A stretch of 64,000 nucleotides of DNA from Methanobacteriota archaeon. GTDB lineage: Archaea > Methanobacteriota > Methanobacteria > Methanobacteriales > Methanobacteriaceae. Positions 1 through 11,652 of this stretch are shown piece after piece. The position numbers were made by a program, and so were the translations under genes. The DNA lies in contig CAWBCJ010000025.1 in NCBI GenBank assembly GCA_963787255.1, positions 32,001 through 96,000 of the forward strand, in the 5' to 3' direction. Position 1 is the stretch's first letter, and every line of letters begins with the position of its first letter. The notes beneath the pieces were generated by a model that made no database searches, was not told where the DNA came from, and worked only from the letters and a program-made list of their open reading frames with translations.

Positions 1-2730
1 GGCATAAAGAACTCCATATCTCCATCTGCTGATGAGTTAAAAGTTTCAAACGAAGATTTACAAGCTACAAATAAGAAGCTTCAACAGCAGGTAGATGAAC
101 TGGTAAAAGTCAATAAAGCTCTACGGGAAAGTGAAGAGCGTACGCGCCAAGCAATGGTTAAGGAACGCGAAAACGACGCTTTGAAGAGTTCTCCGGCATC
201 AGTCGAAGATACACGGCTTAATGAATCCCTGCAAACCATTCAGGAGCGCCCATGGTTGAATTTGGCGTTGCGCTACAGTGCAGCCATCCTAGTGGTGATA
301 ATTGCATTCTGGCTGTACGAAGGGATGACAGCGTGGCTTGGCCCAGGGCTACCGACATACATCCTGTTCTATCCTGCAATCATAATCGTGGCTTTCCTAC
401 TCGGCTTCGGACCAGGCTTGCTGGCCACATTTATAGCGGTAATGATAGCAGTAATCTGGATTATACCACCAATCGGACAATTTGCAATCGACTCGCCCGT
501 AGAACGATTTGGAGTAGTAATCTTTAGCAGTATGGGAGTACTGCTGAGCAGTGTGGCAGAACTTTACCGCCGAAACCGAATTAAAGCCGCCGCATATGAC
601 AAGGAAACAGCCCTGCGTGAAACACGACAAGAGAAGGAATTTCTGGCCAACATCCTCGAACATGCCTCCCAGCCCTTTGCTGTAGGCTACCTCGACGGAA
701 GATTGGGACGATTCAATCATGCCTTCGAGCAACTTACTGGATACACTGTTGAAGAGCTGCACACCATCGACTGGTCAGCTACCCTCACACCCAGAGAGTG
801 GAGGGATATGGAAACGCAAAAATTAGACGAACTCCGTCGCACCGGTCAGCCCGTCCGCTACGAAAAGGAATACATTCGCAAGGACGGCTCCCGAGTGCCC
901 ATCGAGCTGCTGGTCCATATGGTGTCAGATGAGAAGGGCAACCCTGAATATTACTATTCCTTCATTACTAATATTACCGAGCGTAAGAGGGCTGAAGAAG
1001 CATTAAGAGAGAGTAAAGAGCGATTAGATCTGGCGCAGAAGGTGTCAAATGTAGGTATATTCGAGTGGAACATTCAAACAGGAGTAAACACATGGACACC
1101 AGAACTAGAAGCCATATATGGACTTCAAGAAGGTGAATTCCCAGGGACACAGGAAGCGTGGGAAGAACTAGTTCACCCTGAAGACATGCAGGAAGCCGTA
1201 CGCGGTGTTGACATTGCATTAGAAACTGGAGAGCCAGGTGAAGGTGAATGGCGAGTTATATGGCCTGATGGCAGCATACGTTGGTTACTTGGACGTTGGC
1301 AAGTATTCAGTGACGATGTTGGGAAGCCTCTGAAGCTAATCGGGGTCAATGTTGATATTACTGAGCATAAAAATGCAGAAGAGCAAATTAGAATCTTGTT
1401 AGAAAAAACACAACAATTAAATGAAGAATTAGAAGTATCCAATGAAGAATTGCAAGCCACTACTGAGGAACTTCATGTTTCTAATGAAGAGCTCAGAGAA
1501 CAAGGCGATGAGCTGTTAAAAATTAATCGTTCTCTTAGTGAAAGTGAGGAGCGTTTCCGTAATCTTGCTGATAATATTCCTAATTTGGCTTGGATGGCAG
1601 ATGCAGATGGATGGATATTCTGGTATAATAAACAGTGGTATGATTATACTGGTACAACATTGGAGGAGATGCAGGGTTGGGGTTGGCAGAAGGTTCATCA
1701 CCCTGATTATGTTGAGTCAGTGACAGAAGAATGGTCCACAAGTATCAAAGAGGGAAAACCATACGATAATGTATTCCCATTGAAGGGTAAGGATGGTAAC
1801 TATCGCTGGTTCCTTACAAGAGTCACACCTATTAAAGACAATCAGGGTAAAATTCAACGCTGGTTCGGAACTAATACAGACATTACAGTGCGCAAAAAGT
1901 TAGAAGAAGAGTTAAGAGAATCTCGTGATAATCTTGAAGATAAGGTTAAAGAGCGTACTGTTGAGATTGAGGAAGCGTATAGTCTTGTGAAGGAAAATGA
2001 GTTTAAGCTTAAAGAGGTTATAACTGAGTTAGAGCGTTCTAACCGGGAATTGGAGAGTTTTGCTTATATTACTAGTCATGATTTACAGGAACCGCTTCGG
2101 AGTATTGCTAGTTATGCTCAGCTTATTGAGAGACGTTATAAAGGTCAATTGGATGATGATGCTGATGAATTCATTGATTTCATGGTTATTGGTGCTAAAA
2201 GAATGAAAGATATGATTCAAGGATTATTGGAGTATTCTCGTGTGGGTACACAAGGGGAAGAATTTAAAGATTTTAGTGCTGAAGATGCCTTGAATAATGC
2301 ATTATCTAACTTAAAATCGTCAATAGAAGAATGTGATGTGGAAGTAACTCATGATTCCTTGCCGGTTGTTTTTGGGGATGAAACTCAAATTATAAGTGTA
2401 TTCCAGAATTTAATAGGGAATGCTATTAAGTTTAAAAAGCCCGATGAACCTCCAAGAATCCATATTTCAGCACGAAAAGAAGGTAATGAGCATATTTTTA
2501 GCGTACAGGATAATGGAATAGGGATGGAAGAACAATATTCTGACCGTATTTTTGAAGTTTTCAAGCGTTTACATCCCATTGGGGAATATCAAGGTACTGG
2601 AATAGGATTAGCCATTGTTAAAAGGATTGTTGAACGTCATGGTGGTCGTGTTTGGTTGGAGTCCTCGTTGGGTGAAGGTTCTACTTTTTATTTTACTATT
2701 CCTTTATTAGAAGTGAAATCTAGTTTTTAA
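1..2730 (+). CDS. Membrane-bound multi-PAS sensor histidine kinase (TM sensor region, 3 PAS/PAC, HisKA, HATPase); probably 5'-truncated by the window
   Basis: ORF 154..2730, but the frame is open back to base 1 (GIKNSISPSADELKVSNEDLQATN...). Motifs: [13 protein letters not shown] (phospho-His), [26 protein letters not shown]; three PAS/PAC blocks. Confidence 0.92.
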   Translation, partial: GIKNSISPSADELKVSNEDLQATNKKLQQQVDELVKVNKALRESEERTRQAMVKERENDALKSSPASVEDTRLNESLQTIQERPWLNLALRYSAAILVVIIAFWLYEGMTAWLGPGLPTYILFYPAIIIVAFLLGFGPGLLATFIAVMIAVIWIIPPIGQFAIDSPVERFGVVIFSSMGVLLSSVAELYRRNRIKAAAYDKETALRETRQEKEFLANILEHASQPFAVGYLDGRLGRFNHAFEQLTGYTVEELHTIDWSATLTPREWRDMETQKLDELRRTGQPVRYEKEYIRKDGSRVPIELLVHMVSDEKGNPEYYYSFITNITERKRAEEALRESKERLDLAQKVSNVGIFEWNIQTGVNTWTPELEAIYGLQEGEFPGTQEAWEELVHPEDMQEAVRGVDIALETGEPGEGEWRVIWPDGSIRWLLGRWQVFSDDVGKPLKLIGVNVDITEHKNAEEQIRILLEKTQQLNEELEVSNEELQATTEELHVSNEELREQGDELLKINRSLSESEERFRNLADNIPNLAWMADADGWIFWYNKQWYDYTGTTLEEMQGWGWQKVHHPDYVESVTEEWSTSIKEGKPYDNVFPLKGKDGNYRWFLTRVTPIKDNQGKIQRWFGTNTDITVRKKLEEELRESRDNLEDKVKERTVEIEEAYSLVKENEFKLKEVITELERSNRELESFAYITSHDLQEPLRSIASYAQLIERRYKGQLDDDADEFIDFMVIGAKRMKDMIQGLLEYSRVGTQGEEFKDFSAEDALNNALSNLKSSIEECDVEVTHDSLPVVFGDETQIISVFQNLIGNAIKFKKPDEPPRIHISARKEGNEHIFSVQDNGIGMEEQYSDRIFEVFKRLHPIGEYQGTGIGLAIVKRIVERHGGRVWLESSLGEGSTFYFTIPLLEVKSSF

Positions 2731-2827
2731 AATGTGTTTAATCAATATTTTTTTTATATCATGGTTGGTTTCTTTTTTTTGGTAAAGCAGTTAAATTAAA
2801 GGTGTAACTGGTTATGGGACCATAACA

Positions 2828-2859
2828 TTTATATGGTCATATGCACACTATACATATGA
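2828..2859 (+). promoter_or_regulatory. TATA box and putative ArsR/CadC operator overlapping the start of cadC
   Basis: TTTATATG at 2828-2835, then the inverted repeat TCATATG-cacactata-CATATGA (2837-2859), whose right arm contains the ATG at 2856. Confidence 0.6.
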
Positions 2860-3214
2860 AAGCATGATGTTTGTGAAATCGAATGTACCAACGAAAAAAC
2901 AGTAAAACAAGTTAAATCCAAAATGCTGGATGAAAACAGTTCTTTTAGAAGTAGCAGATAATTTTAAAATATTCGGCGACCTTACAAGACTAAAAATCTT
3001 ACAAGCACTATACCAAAGAGAACTATGCGTATGCGATTTAGCTGCAGTGCTTGAAGCAAATCAATCCACAATATCCCACCAATTACGCGTTTTAAGAAGT
3101 AAAAACTTAGTGAAATTCCGAAAAGAGGGTAAAATGGCTTTTTATTCCCTTGCAGATGAACATGTAGTTAAAATAATTGAAATGGGAGTTGAACATGCCA
3201 CAGAAAAACGATAA
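2856..3214 (+). CDS. cadC: ArsR/SmtB (CadC-like) metal-responsive repressor; N-terminus frameshifted
   Basis: ORF 2930..3214 has [25 protein letters not shown]. Another frame upstream reads [23 protein letters not shown] (CadC-type Cys N-terminus). Joining needs two +1 corrections. Confidence 0.8.
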
Positions 3215-5140
3215 TTACAATGAAGAGACAATGGGAACATGTAAATTCTGCGAAGCCAATCCATATGAAGAAAAGGAAAAGAAAAAAGAAAAAGTCAAGC
3301 CCATCTACATTATAATAGTATCCGCTGTAATCTTAGCAGCTGGTTTGTATCTTAACTTCTTTACAGACCAGAAATTATTAGCAGAAATTCTATTTCTTGC
3401 AGTTGCTGTAGTTTCAGGATTTGAAATAGTACCTCATGGAATAAGGTCTTTATTTAAAGGAAAATTCAGCATAAGTTTTTTAATAACCGTTGCTGCTATT
3501 GGAGCATTTTTAATAGGTGAAGGAGCCGAAGGTGCATCAGTAATATTCTTATTCTTTATTGCAGAGTATTTAGAAGACTATGCTGGAGCTAGAGCTCGAA
3601 GGTCAATGGGAGCGCTTATAAAACTCACCCCCGAAACTGCCGTTGTTAAAAGAGAAGGTGGTGAAAATATTGAATTACACGCTCATGCAGTCAATATTGA
3701 TGAAATTGTGGTTGTTAAGCCTGGAGATAAAATTCCATTAGACGGAATAGTAGATTAAACGGTACTTCATCAGTTGATCAAGCTGCAATAACTGGAGAAA
3801 GCATACCTGTAACCAAAATGGAAGGAGATATGGTTTTTGCAGGTACCATAAATGAAGAAGGATACCTTGAAGTAAAAGTAACAAGAAGATCAGATGAAAC
3901 AGTATTATCTAAGATCATAGAACTTGTTAAAGCTTCACAGCAAAAGAAGTCAAAAACAGAAGCATTTATAGACCGATTTTCCAATTATTACACTCCTGCA
4001 GTAATAGGACTTGCAGTAATTGTTGCAACAGTACCAGCATTTATTTTTGGCTTAAATTTTGACACTTGGTTTTATAGAGCTTTAGTATTGCTTGTAGTTT
4101 CCTGCCCATGCGCATTAGCTATATCAACCCCTGTTTCAATGGTTTCTGGAATAACTGCAGGTACCAAAAACGGGGTGTTAATTAAAGGGGGTGAATATGT
4201 TGAAGAGATGCAAAAAATCAAAACAATGGTATTTGATAAAACTGGAACTCTTACAGAAGGAAAATTAGAAGTAACAGATGTTATCAGGTTAAACAATTAT
4301 TCTGAAAGTGAGATTCTTCAAATAGCAGGTTCGTTGGAATTTAAATCTAAACATCCGCTTGCAGAAGCGGTTATACGATACATGGGAAAATCAGGTATGG
4401 ACTTTAAAGAAGTGTATAATTTTGAATCAGTTACCGGAAAAGGTATTAAAGGCCGGATCAATAAAAAAATGTTCTATATTGGTAAAAAAAGTCTATTTAA
4501 AGGTGATACTGAATTTCTTGATGAATTATTGCATAAACTTCAAAATGAGGGTAAAACTGTTGTTATTGTTGGTAATGATAAACATATTATTGGTTTAATC
4601 GGATTAATGGATAAAATCAGACCACTTTCAAGAAGCACCATCCGGGAACTTAAAGAAAAAGATATTAGAACTGTTATGCTTACTGGGGATAATGAAGGCA
4701 CAGCAAAAGCCGTATCCTCCAAAATAGGTATTGACGAATACTATGCTGGTCTTTTACCTGAAGATAAGGTTAAAATTATTGATGAATTACTTGGAAATGA
4801 TGTGCATGTTGCTATGGTGGGTGATGGTGTAAATGATGCTCCTGCACTTGCAAGGTCTAATGTGGGTATTGCGATGGGTACTGCAGGTTCAGATGTGGCA
4901 ATAGAAACTGCAGATGTAGCATTAATGCATGATGACATCTCTAAAGTCAATTACCTCATAGATTTAAGTAAAAAGACAATGACTGTAGTTAAACAAAATG
5001 TTTCATTATCTATTTTAGTTAAAGGTTCATTTGCATTTTTTGCAGTGCTTGGATTTGTTTCATTATGGATGGCAGTAGCATTTGGAGACATGGGATTAAC
5101 TCTTGCTGTAATATTAAATGCTCTTAGAATTGGAAAATAG
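3195..5140 (+). CDS. cadA: P1B-type heavy-metal (Cd/Zn/Co) translocating ATPase, split by a frameshift near 3755
   Basis: ORFs 3177..3758 and 3818..5140. Motifs: [10 protein letters not shown], (A)ITGESIPV in the bridging frame, [23 protein letters not shown]; N-terminal CxxC. Confidence 0.92.
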
Positions 5141-5470
5141 CAAATAAAAGTATTTTTAAAAAGGTAGGCATGTTTTTTACTATGATTTTTTTAGTAAGGA
5201 ATTTCACCATTTTTTTTTAGTATTAAATTATCTAATATGCAAGACTTAGGAATCCATAAAAAAAAGGGGAAAGTTTTTATTTTCAACTAACAAATAGGAG
5301 TTTAAAAGAATATTGATGAATGATGACTAAATCATAATGTATCATAAATGTAGGGGATGCAAATGGAGCTAGTAATATTATATGAGGATGATTGTTTACT
5401 AGTTGCAGAAAATATTCTGCATGATTTATATTTGGCTAAAAAAGAATTATCATCATTTAAAGAGGCATAA

Positions 5471-7050
5471 ATGAATAAGAATCATTCTGATAAGTATGGA
5501 CTAGAAGTTATTTCAGAATATTTAAGCATTATCCTTGTTATAGCTGGTTTATTAATTATTATTGGATGGATATTCAACATTGCTGTATTAAAAAGTTTTT
5601 CCCCACCATTAAAGCCCATTAGTCCCATAAGTGCAATTCTTTTTGTTTTATTAGGTATTTCAATATGGTTAATGCAAAATAAGAGAATAAACAAGTTAAA
5701 TACCTTAATTACAAGATTTTTATTGTTTATTGTTGCATTTACGAGTTTTATTATTCTTTTAGAATACATATTAGGCCTTAATTTAGGTGTTAATAGTATA
5801 AATAACATTAATTTTGCTCTCATGTCCTTTATTTCAGCATTAAATTTCCTACTTACCAGTATTGCTCTTTTTATTTTGGACCTAGAAATAGATGATAAAT
5901 ACCCTGCTCAGTATATAATGCTCATTGTTGCATTCCTCACTCTTTTCACGATTGCAGGTTATATATATGGTGTTTCAGAGATATATCAGCTTTATTTTTA
6001 TATTTCAATATCTGTTTTTTCAATTATATTGTTTGTTTTAACGATTGCAGCGGTTTTAGGGGCACGTCCAGATAATGGTTTGGTTAAAACTTTAACTAGT
6101 GATTTATTAGGAAGCGCTTTTGCACGTAGAATACTTCCTTCAGTAATTTTCATTCCTTTACTTTTAGGTTTATTAGCATTTATAGGTCAAAGATTTGGTT
6201 TTTATGATATAGCATATGCAACAGCTATCATGGTTATTTTAACCATCGTATTTTTGGTAATTCTAGTTTGGAGCAGTATGAAATCTATTAACGATGCCGA
6301 TTATCAACGACTAAAAACAAAAGAGGATCTCAGAAAATTGGTGGCTGAATTAAAGCACTCTAACCGGGAATTAGAGAGTTTTGCTTATATCACCAGTCAT
6401 GACTTGCAAGAACCGCTTCGGAGTATCATTAGTTATGCTCAGCTTATTGAAATGCGTTATAAAGGCCAATTAGACAGTGATGCTGATGAATTTATTGATT
6501 TTATGGTTGGTGGAGCTTTACGGATGAAGGATATGATTCAAGGACTATTGGATTATTCACGTGTGGACACGCAAGGAGGGGAATTCAAAGATTTTAGAGC
6601 TGAAGAAGTTTTAAACGTTGTTTCTTATAATTTAAAAGTTTCTATTGAGGAATGTCGTGCGGAAATAACCCATGATCCTCTTCCAGTAATTTTTGCTGAT
6701 GAAAGTCAAATTACACGCGTATTCCAAAATTTAATATGGAACGCATTAAAATTCCGTAAAGAAGGAATACCTCCCGAAATTCATGTTTCAGCACGAAAAG
6801 AGGAATAATGAATACATTTTCAGTGTTAGTGATAATGGGATAGGACTAGAAGAACAATATTTTGACCGTATATTTGAAGTATTCAAGAGGTTACATACAA
6901 TTGATGAGTATAAAGGGGCGGGAATAGGATTAGCCATTGTTAAAGAGGATTATGGATCGTCATGGTGGTCGTGTTTGGGTGGAATCCTCGTTGGGTGTGG
7001 GTTCTACTTTTTATTTTACTATTCCTGTTGGGGTTAAATTTGGGGTTTAA
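5471..7050 (+). CDS. Polytopic membrane sensor histidine kinase, with two frameshifts near 6805 and 6945
   Basis: About 8 hydrophobic segments, SHDLQEPLR. The HATPase continues in other frames ([25 protein letters not shown]...STFYFTIP) to TAA at 7050. Confidence 0.85.
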
Positions 7051-7189
7051 ATATTATTTGGTGATAATAATGAGTTTTTCATTTTTTTTGCGTAAAATTT
7101 AACTTAAATGATCTACAAAAAAAGATAATTAATACTATTTTAATAATAGTTCATACTATATTGGGATTGAATCACAAAGTGAAAAATTA

Positions 7190-8617
7190 ATGAACAAAAT
7201 TCCAAGAAACAACATTAATAGGCAACGAACTAGGCTAAAAACAGGAAAAAGCTCTCTTAAAGAAGATATAGTTAATTTAAACCTTGTTGAAATCATTGAT
7301 GTGCAAGTTATTCAATCACTTATGGATAATTTTAACAATCTTACTCATATTCCCATGAGCATCAATGATAATGATGGTAACGTACTTGTGGGCATAGGAT
7401 GGCAAGACATTTGCACCAAATTCCATAGAGCACATCCTAAAACTTGCAAAAATTGCATAGAAAGCGATACACAACTTACTACCGGTATTTCGAAAGGAGA
7501 ATTTAAGTTATACAAATGTAAAAATAACATGTGGGATATTGCCACTCCAATCATTGTAGCAGGCAAAAAGTTAGGAAATCTCATTTCAGGACAATTTTTC
7601 TTTGAAGATGAGGAGCCAGATTATGAATTTTTCCGAAAACAAGCACAAAAATACGGCTTTAACGAAGAAAAATATATTAAAGCACTTGATGATACTCCAC
7701 GTCTTAACATGCAAACTGTAAATGAAAGTATGGATTTCTTTATGAAATTTGCTGATATTATCTCTCAAATGAGTTATAATAACATTAGACTCAATAAGTC
7801 ATTAACTGAAAGTGAACAGTTAATGAACTCATTACAAAAAAGTGAAAAAAAATATCGAACACTTGCAGATAACCTTGAAGAAAAAGTAAATAAACGAACA
7901 AAAGAACTTAACGAAGCAGTTATAAACTTAAAAGGGTCCAACGCTGAACTACAACATTTTGCTTATGTGGCTTCTCATGACTTACAAGAACCTTTACGTA
8001 CTATTTCAAGTTTCACACAACTATTAGAGCGCAGATACAAAGATAAACTAGATAAAGATGCTGATGAGTTTATAGGATATATAATAAATGCTTCAAGCAG
8101 AATGCAACAGTTAATTAAAGATTTACTTGAATATTCAAGGGTTACATCCCAAGGAGAAGAATTTAAATTAACAAGTACAGAAGAAATTATAGAAGAGATA
8201 ATATCTGACCTTCAAATAACTATTGAAGAGAATAATGTAGAAATAACTTATGATTCCCTACCTGAAATATGGACCGATAAAATATTATTAACCCAAGTGT
8301 TCCAGAATCTAATATTCAACCCGGTTAAATACCGGAAACCTGATGAACCTCCAAAGATTCATATCTCAGCAAGAAAAGAAGAAAACCAGTATGTCTTTTC
8401 AGTTAGTGATAATGGAATTGGGATAGAAAAGCAATATTTTGACCGTATTTTTATGATATTCCAACGATTACACACACAAGAAGCATATCAAGGAACTGGA
8501 ATTGGACTTGCCATTGTAAAAAAAATTATTGACAATCATGGCGGCCGTATTTGGGTGGAATCCAAGTTGGGTGAAGGTTCTACTTTTTATTTTACAATAC
8601 CCGTTGATGGGGATTAA
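7190..8617 (+). CDS. Cytoplasmic sensor histidine kinase with PocR ligand-binding domain
   Basis: N-terminal WQDICTKFHR...C..SD, YKCKNNMWDIATPI, GQFF (PocR pattern); [10 protein letters not shown] and HATPase boxes. Confidence 0.9.
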   Translation: MNKIPRNNINRQRTRLKTGKSSLKEDIVNLNLVEIIDVQVIQSLMDNFNNLTHIPMSINDNDGNVLVGIGWQDICTKFHRAHPKTCKNCIESDTQLTTGISKGEFKLYKCKNNMWDIATPIIVAGKKLGNLISGQFFFEDEEPDYEFFRKQAQKYGFNEEKYIKALDDTPRLNMQTVNESMDFFMKFADIISQMSYNNIRLNKSLTESEQLMNSLQKSEKKYRTLADNLEEKVNKRTKELNEAVINLKGSNAELQHFAYVASHDLQEPLRTISSFTQLLERRYKDKLDKDADEFIGYIINASSRMQQLIKDLLEYSRVTSQGEEFKLTSTEEIIEEIISDLQITIEENNVEITYDSLPEIWTDKILLTQVFQNLIFNPVKYRKPDEPPKIHISARKEENQYVFSVSDNGIGIEKQYFDRIFMIFQRLHTQEAYQGTGIGLAIVKKIIDNHGGRIWVESKLGEGSTFYFTIPVDGD

Positions 8618-8861
8618 AAAATTAAATTTTATTTATACTACATTTTTACGCAAAAAGATTATATCCTTTTAAAATAAATATTGTTATTATATAACAGTTT
8701 AATAGGGATATATTATTTAAGGATCATTTTTTAACAGATACTATGATTTTATGATTATAATCTTATTGCACTATTTTGATTAAATTATATTATTTTTTAT
8801 ATAATTTTTTTCATGAATTACATTGATTTAAATAATATTATAAAAGGATAAAAGTGATTAA

Positions 8862-9857
8862 ATGTTTATACCAACAGTACCAACGCCTGAAGAAATATTA
8901 GATAAAAGCTTTAGCAGGGCTAAAAAGGCGGCAAATAAAGTAAGAACCTCTAAAATACCCCGATATAAAAAGGCAAAACAAACAGAAGAGGCCAGAATAA
9001 AAACAGCATTTCAAGTTACAAGAGACACTCTAAATAATTTACTAGACAAGACACCACAAGTTGAAAGCTTGCACATGTTTCACCAAGACTATATCGATGT
9101 TATGGTGGGTGTAGATGAGCTTAAAAAGTCTCTTGGAGCTTTAAACTGGGCAGTAGGATTGATGACAAAATTAGAAAATGAATTTGTTTTTAAAGTAAGG
9201 CGTTCAAGACCAGAAAATGCAGCTAATGTCAGGAAAGCAGCATTTGGTAGAATATCATCGATAGTAAACCAGATAAGAGATGAACTTGATTTTTTAAATT
9301 ATGTAAAAGGAAAATTAAGGAACATGCCCACAATTGATTTTGAAGCTTTCACAATAGTTATTGCAGGATTTCCAAATGTGGGAAAATCCACTGTCCTTCG
9401 GCAAATTACACCAGCCGAGCCTAAAGTAGCAGACTATCCCTTTACCACCCATGGAATTCAAATAGGACATTTTGAGAAAAGATGGAAAAAATACCAGATA
9501 ATAGACACTCCCGGACTTCTAGATAGACCTATTATGGACATGAACAATATTGAATTACGTGCAATGGTTGCGCTGGAACACCTTGCAGACGTTATTTTAT
9601 ACATTTTCGACGCATCAGAAACATCAGGTTATCCGCTTGACTCTCAAATGCGCCTTCACGAAGAAATAGAACATGTTTTTAAAACTCCCATCATCAACGT
9701 TTTTAACAAAATGGATTTGGTAGAAAATAATAAGTATTTGGAAAAATATATTAGTAAAATAGATGAGCCTCTAATGATTTCAGCTTCAGAAGGTTCTGGT
9801 GTAGAATTGATAATTAAGGAACTGGAGGAATTTAATAATGGAAAAAAAGGTAATTAA
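8862..9857 (+). CDS. NOG1-family GTP-binding protein
   Basis: [25 protein letters not shown]; N-terminal [11 protein letters not shown]. Confidence 0.93.
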   Translation: MFIPTVPTPEEILDKSFSRAKKAANKVRTSKIPRYKKAKQTEEARIKTAFQVTRDTLNNLLDKTPQVESLHMFHQDYIDVMVGVDELKKSLGALNWAVGLMTKLENEFVFKVRRSRPENAANVRKAAFGRISSIVNQIRDELDFLNYVKGKLRNMPTIDFEAFTIVIAGFPNVGKSTVLRQITPAEPKVADYPFTTHGIQIGHFEKRWKKYQIIDTPGLLDRPIMDMNNIELRAMVALEHLADVILYIFDASETSGYPLDSQMRLHEEIEHVFKTPIINVFNKMDLVENNKYLEKYISKIDEPLMISASEGSGVELIIKELEEFNNGKKGN

Positions 9858-10422
9858 GACCAAAAAAGAATTAGAAATGGAAAAAGGCGGAGAAAAAGAA
9901 GTTAAAATGGAAAAAGAGGTCAAAACGGAAGGGGAAGAAGTTCCAGTTGAAACAGAAGAAACCACTGAGACCGAACCAATGGAAAAAAGACTAGAAAAAG
10001 GTAAAAATACCGCCCAAAAAGTATTTGATGATATGATAGCCACTTTCCGTGATAAACAGGGCGATTTTGAAAAGGCAATGTCAGAATACACCACAACAAG
10101 CACTGGTAAAATTGCAATGGATGTAATTGAAACTGAAGATAATATAATAGTGAAAACAGATCTTCCCGGTGTAAAAAAAGAGGATATAGTTATAGATCTC
10201 TCTGAAGATGCACTTGAAGTAATGGCCATTTTTGAAGATGAATCTGAATTTGAAGGTGCCAATTTCATCAAAAAAGAAAGAAGATACGGCGAAGCTAAAA
10301 GAAGCGTAAGTATAACTCAACCTATTAAAATCGACGAATCAACCGCTAAATTTGATGACGGTGTTTTAACAGTTACTATTCCTAAAGAAGCGAAGAAAAG
10401 ACATCAATTATCCGTAGAATAA
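9838..10422 (+). CDS. Hsp20/alpha-crystallin small heat-shock protein
   Basis: [29 protein letters not shown]; charged low-complexity N-terminus; overlaps the NOG1 stop. Confidence 0.92.
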   Translation: MEKKVIKTKKELEMEKGGEKEVKMEKEVKTEGEEVPVETEETTETEPMEKRLEKGKNTAQKVFDDMIATFRDKQGDFEKAMSEYTTTSTGKIAMDVIETEDNIIVKTDLPGVKKEDIVIDLSEDALEVMAIFEDESEFEGANFIKKERRYGEAKRSVSITQPIKIDESTAKFDDGVLTVTIPKEAKKRHQLSVE

Positions 10423-10573
10423 AAAAAATTTTCTCTTAAAAAAATTACATAACTAATTCATTATATTACTTTTTTTAATCTACCCACAAAAAGAAAGGAA
10501 ATGACATTTTTTTTTTAGTGCCACTTTTTCCTTTATCTATTTTTTTTATTTAAAAAGAATTAAAGACTATTAT

Positions 10574-11600
10574 TTAATATCTTACTTTTCCTATGTGCCT
10601 TGTAGCGCCTGGATCTTCACCATTGAAGTGTGCAAGATAATAAATAAACCATTCAAGTGGAACTACCAGTGCAAATGGTGACATTAAATTATTCATATTC
10701 GAATAATCTTTTAAGTTGTAAATAATTGGTTTAACACCAATTTTTTCTCCAAATTCAATGGATTTATGAGTCATTTCATCTCCAGGATAATCGGCATTTA
10801 AAAACACTATAGGAACACCCTCTTCGGCTCTTTCAATTAAACCATGCCTGAACTCACCCAGAATACAAAGGACAGGCGTGTTTTAAGGCACCTTCCATGA
10901 ACATAGTCATAGCCAATTTGTAGGCAAGTCCATAGTTGGGCCCGCTGCCCATACAATAAAATATGTCATCATCCCGGCATTTTTCAGCTATTTCCCTGCC
11001 TTCATCTTCAGTTTTTTTAATTAAATCCTCAGTAATTGCCGGAAGTCTTTCAATATCACTTAGAACATCCATTTTAATTTTCCCAGCTTCGTTTTCATCT
11101 TCTAATCCTTGCATGCTGAATAAGATATTGTAAAGGCTCATTAGCTGGGTCATGTAGGTTTTGGTTCCGAGTATGGCGCTTTCAGTCCCGCCTCTTGTAA
11201 TTACGGTGTCATCAGCTTCTTGAATCATTGTGCATTGCCCTTCATTGGTTATTGCAACAGTATAAACGTCTTTTTCCTGGGCACGATTTAATGCAGCAAC
11301 AGTATCTGCTGTTTCACCGGATTGCGAAGTTAAAATGGCTCCGGCATTTTCATATCCCGTTTTTTTGTTGTAAAAAAACTCATAACCAGTATAAACTTCT
11401 ATATTTCTATCTGAAATAAAATCAAGGGCACTTTTAGCAGAGTAACATGTTGAAAGTGAACTGCCGCAGCCTAGAAGATAAATCTTATCAAATTCTTCAA
11501 ACTTCGCTGCAATTTCTTTCATATGCGACTTTTCTTCCTTTAAAGTATCTTTTAAAGCTTTCGGTTGCTGTAAGATTTCTTCATACATCTTATATTTCAT
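10574..11600 (-). CDS. Two-SIS-domain sugar-phosphate protein (GlmS-isomerase/FrlB deglycase-like), one frameshift near 10857
   Basis: [21 protein letters not shown]. Removing one G joins [27 protein letters not shown] with ORF 10574..10807. No glutaminase domain. Confidence 0.85.
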
Positions 11601-11652
11601 TATTTTTTCCTCAAAAAAATTATTTTTAAGATCATAAAAACTTATAATATAT

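Noticed and set aside
9786-10320. Antisense and alternative-frame ORFs (9786-10271, and similarly 28462-28884, 45021-45398, 52490-52999, 59836-60246)
   Set aside because: They are shadows of well-supported genes on the opposite strand, with Ser/Phe/Ile-rich composition and no motifs.
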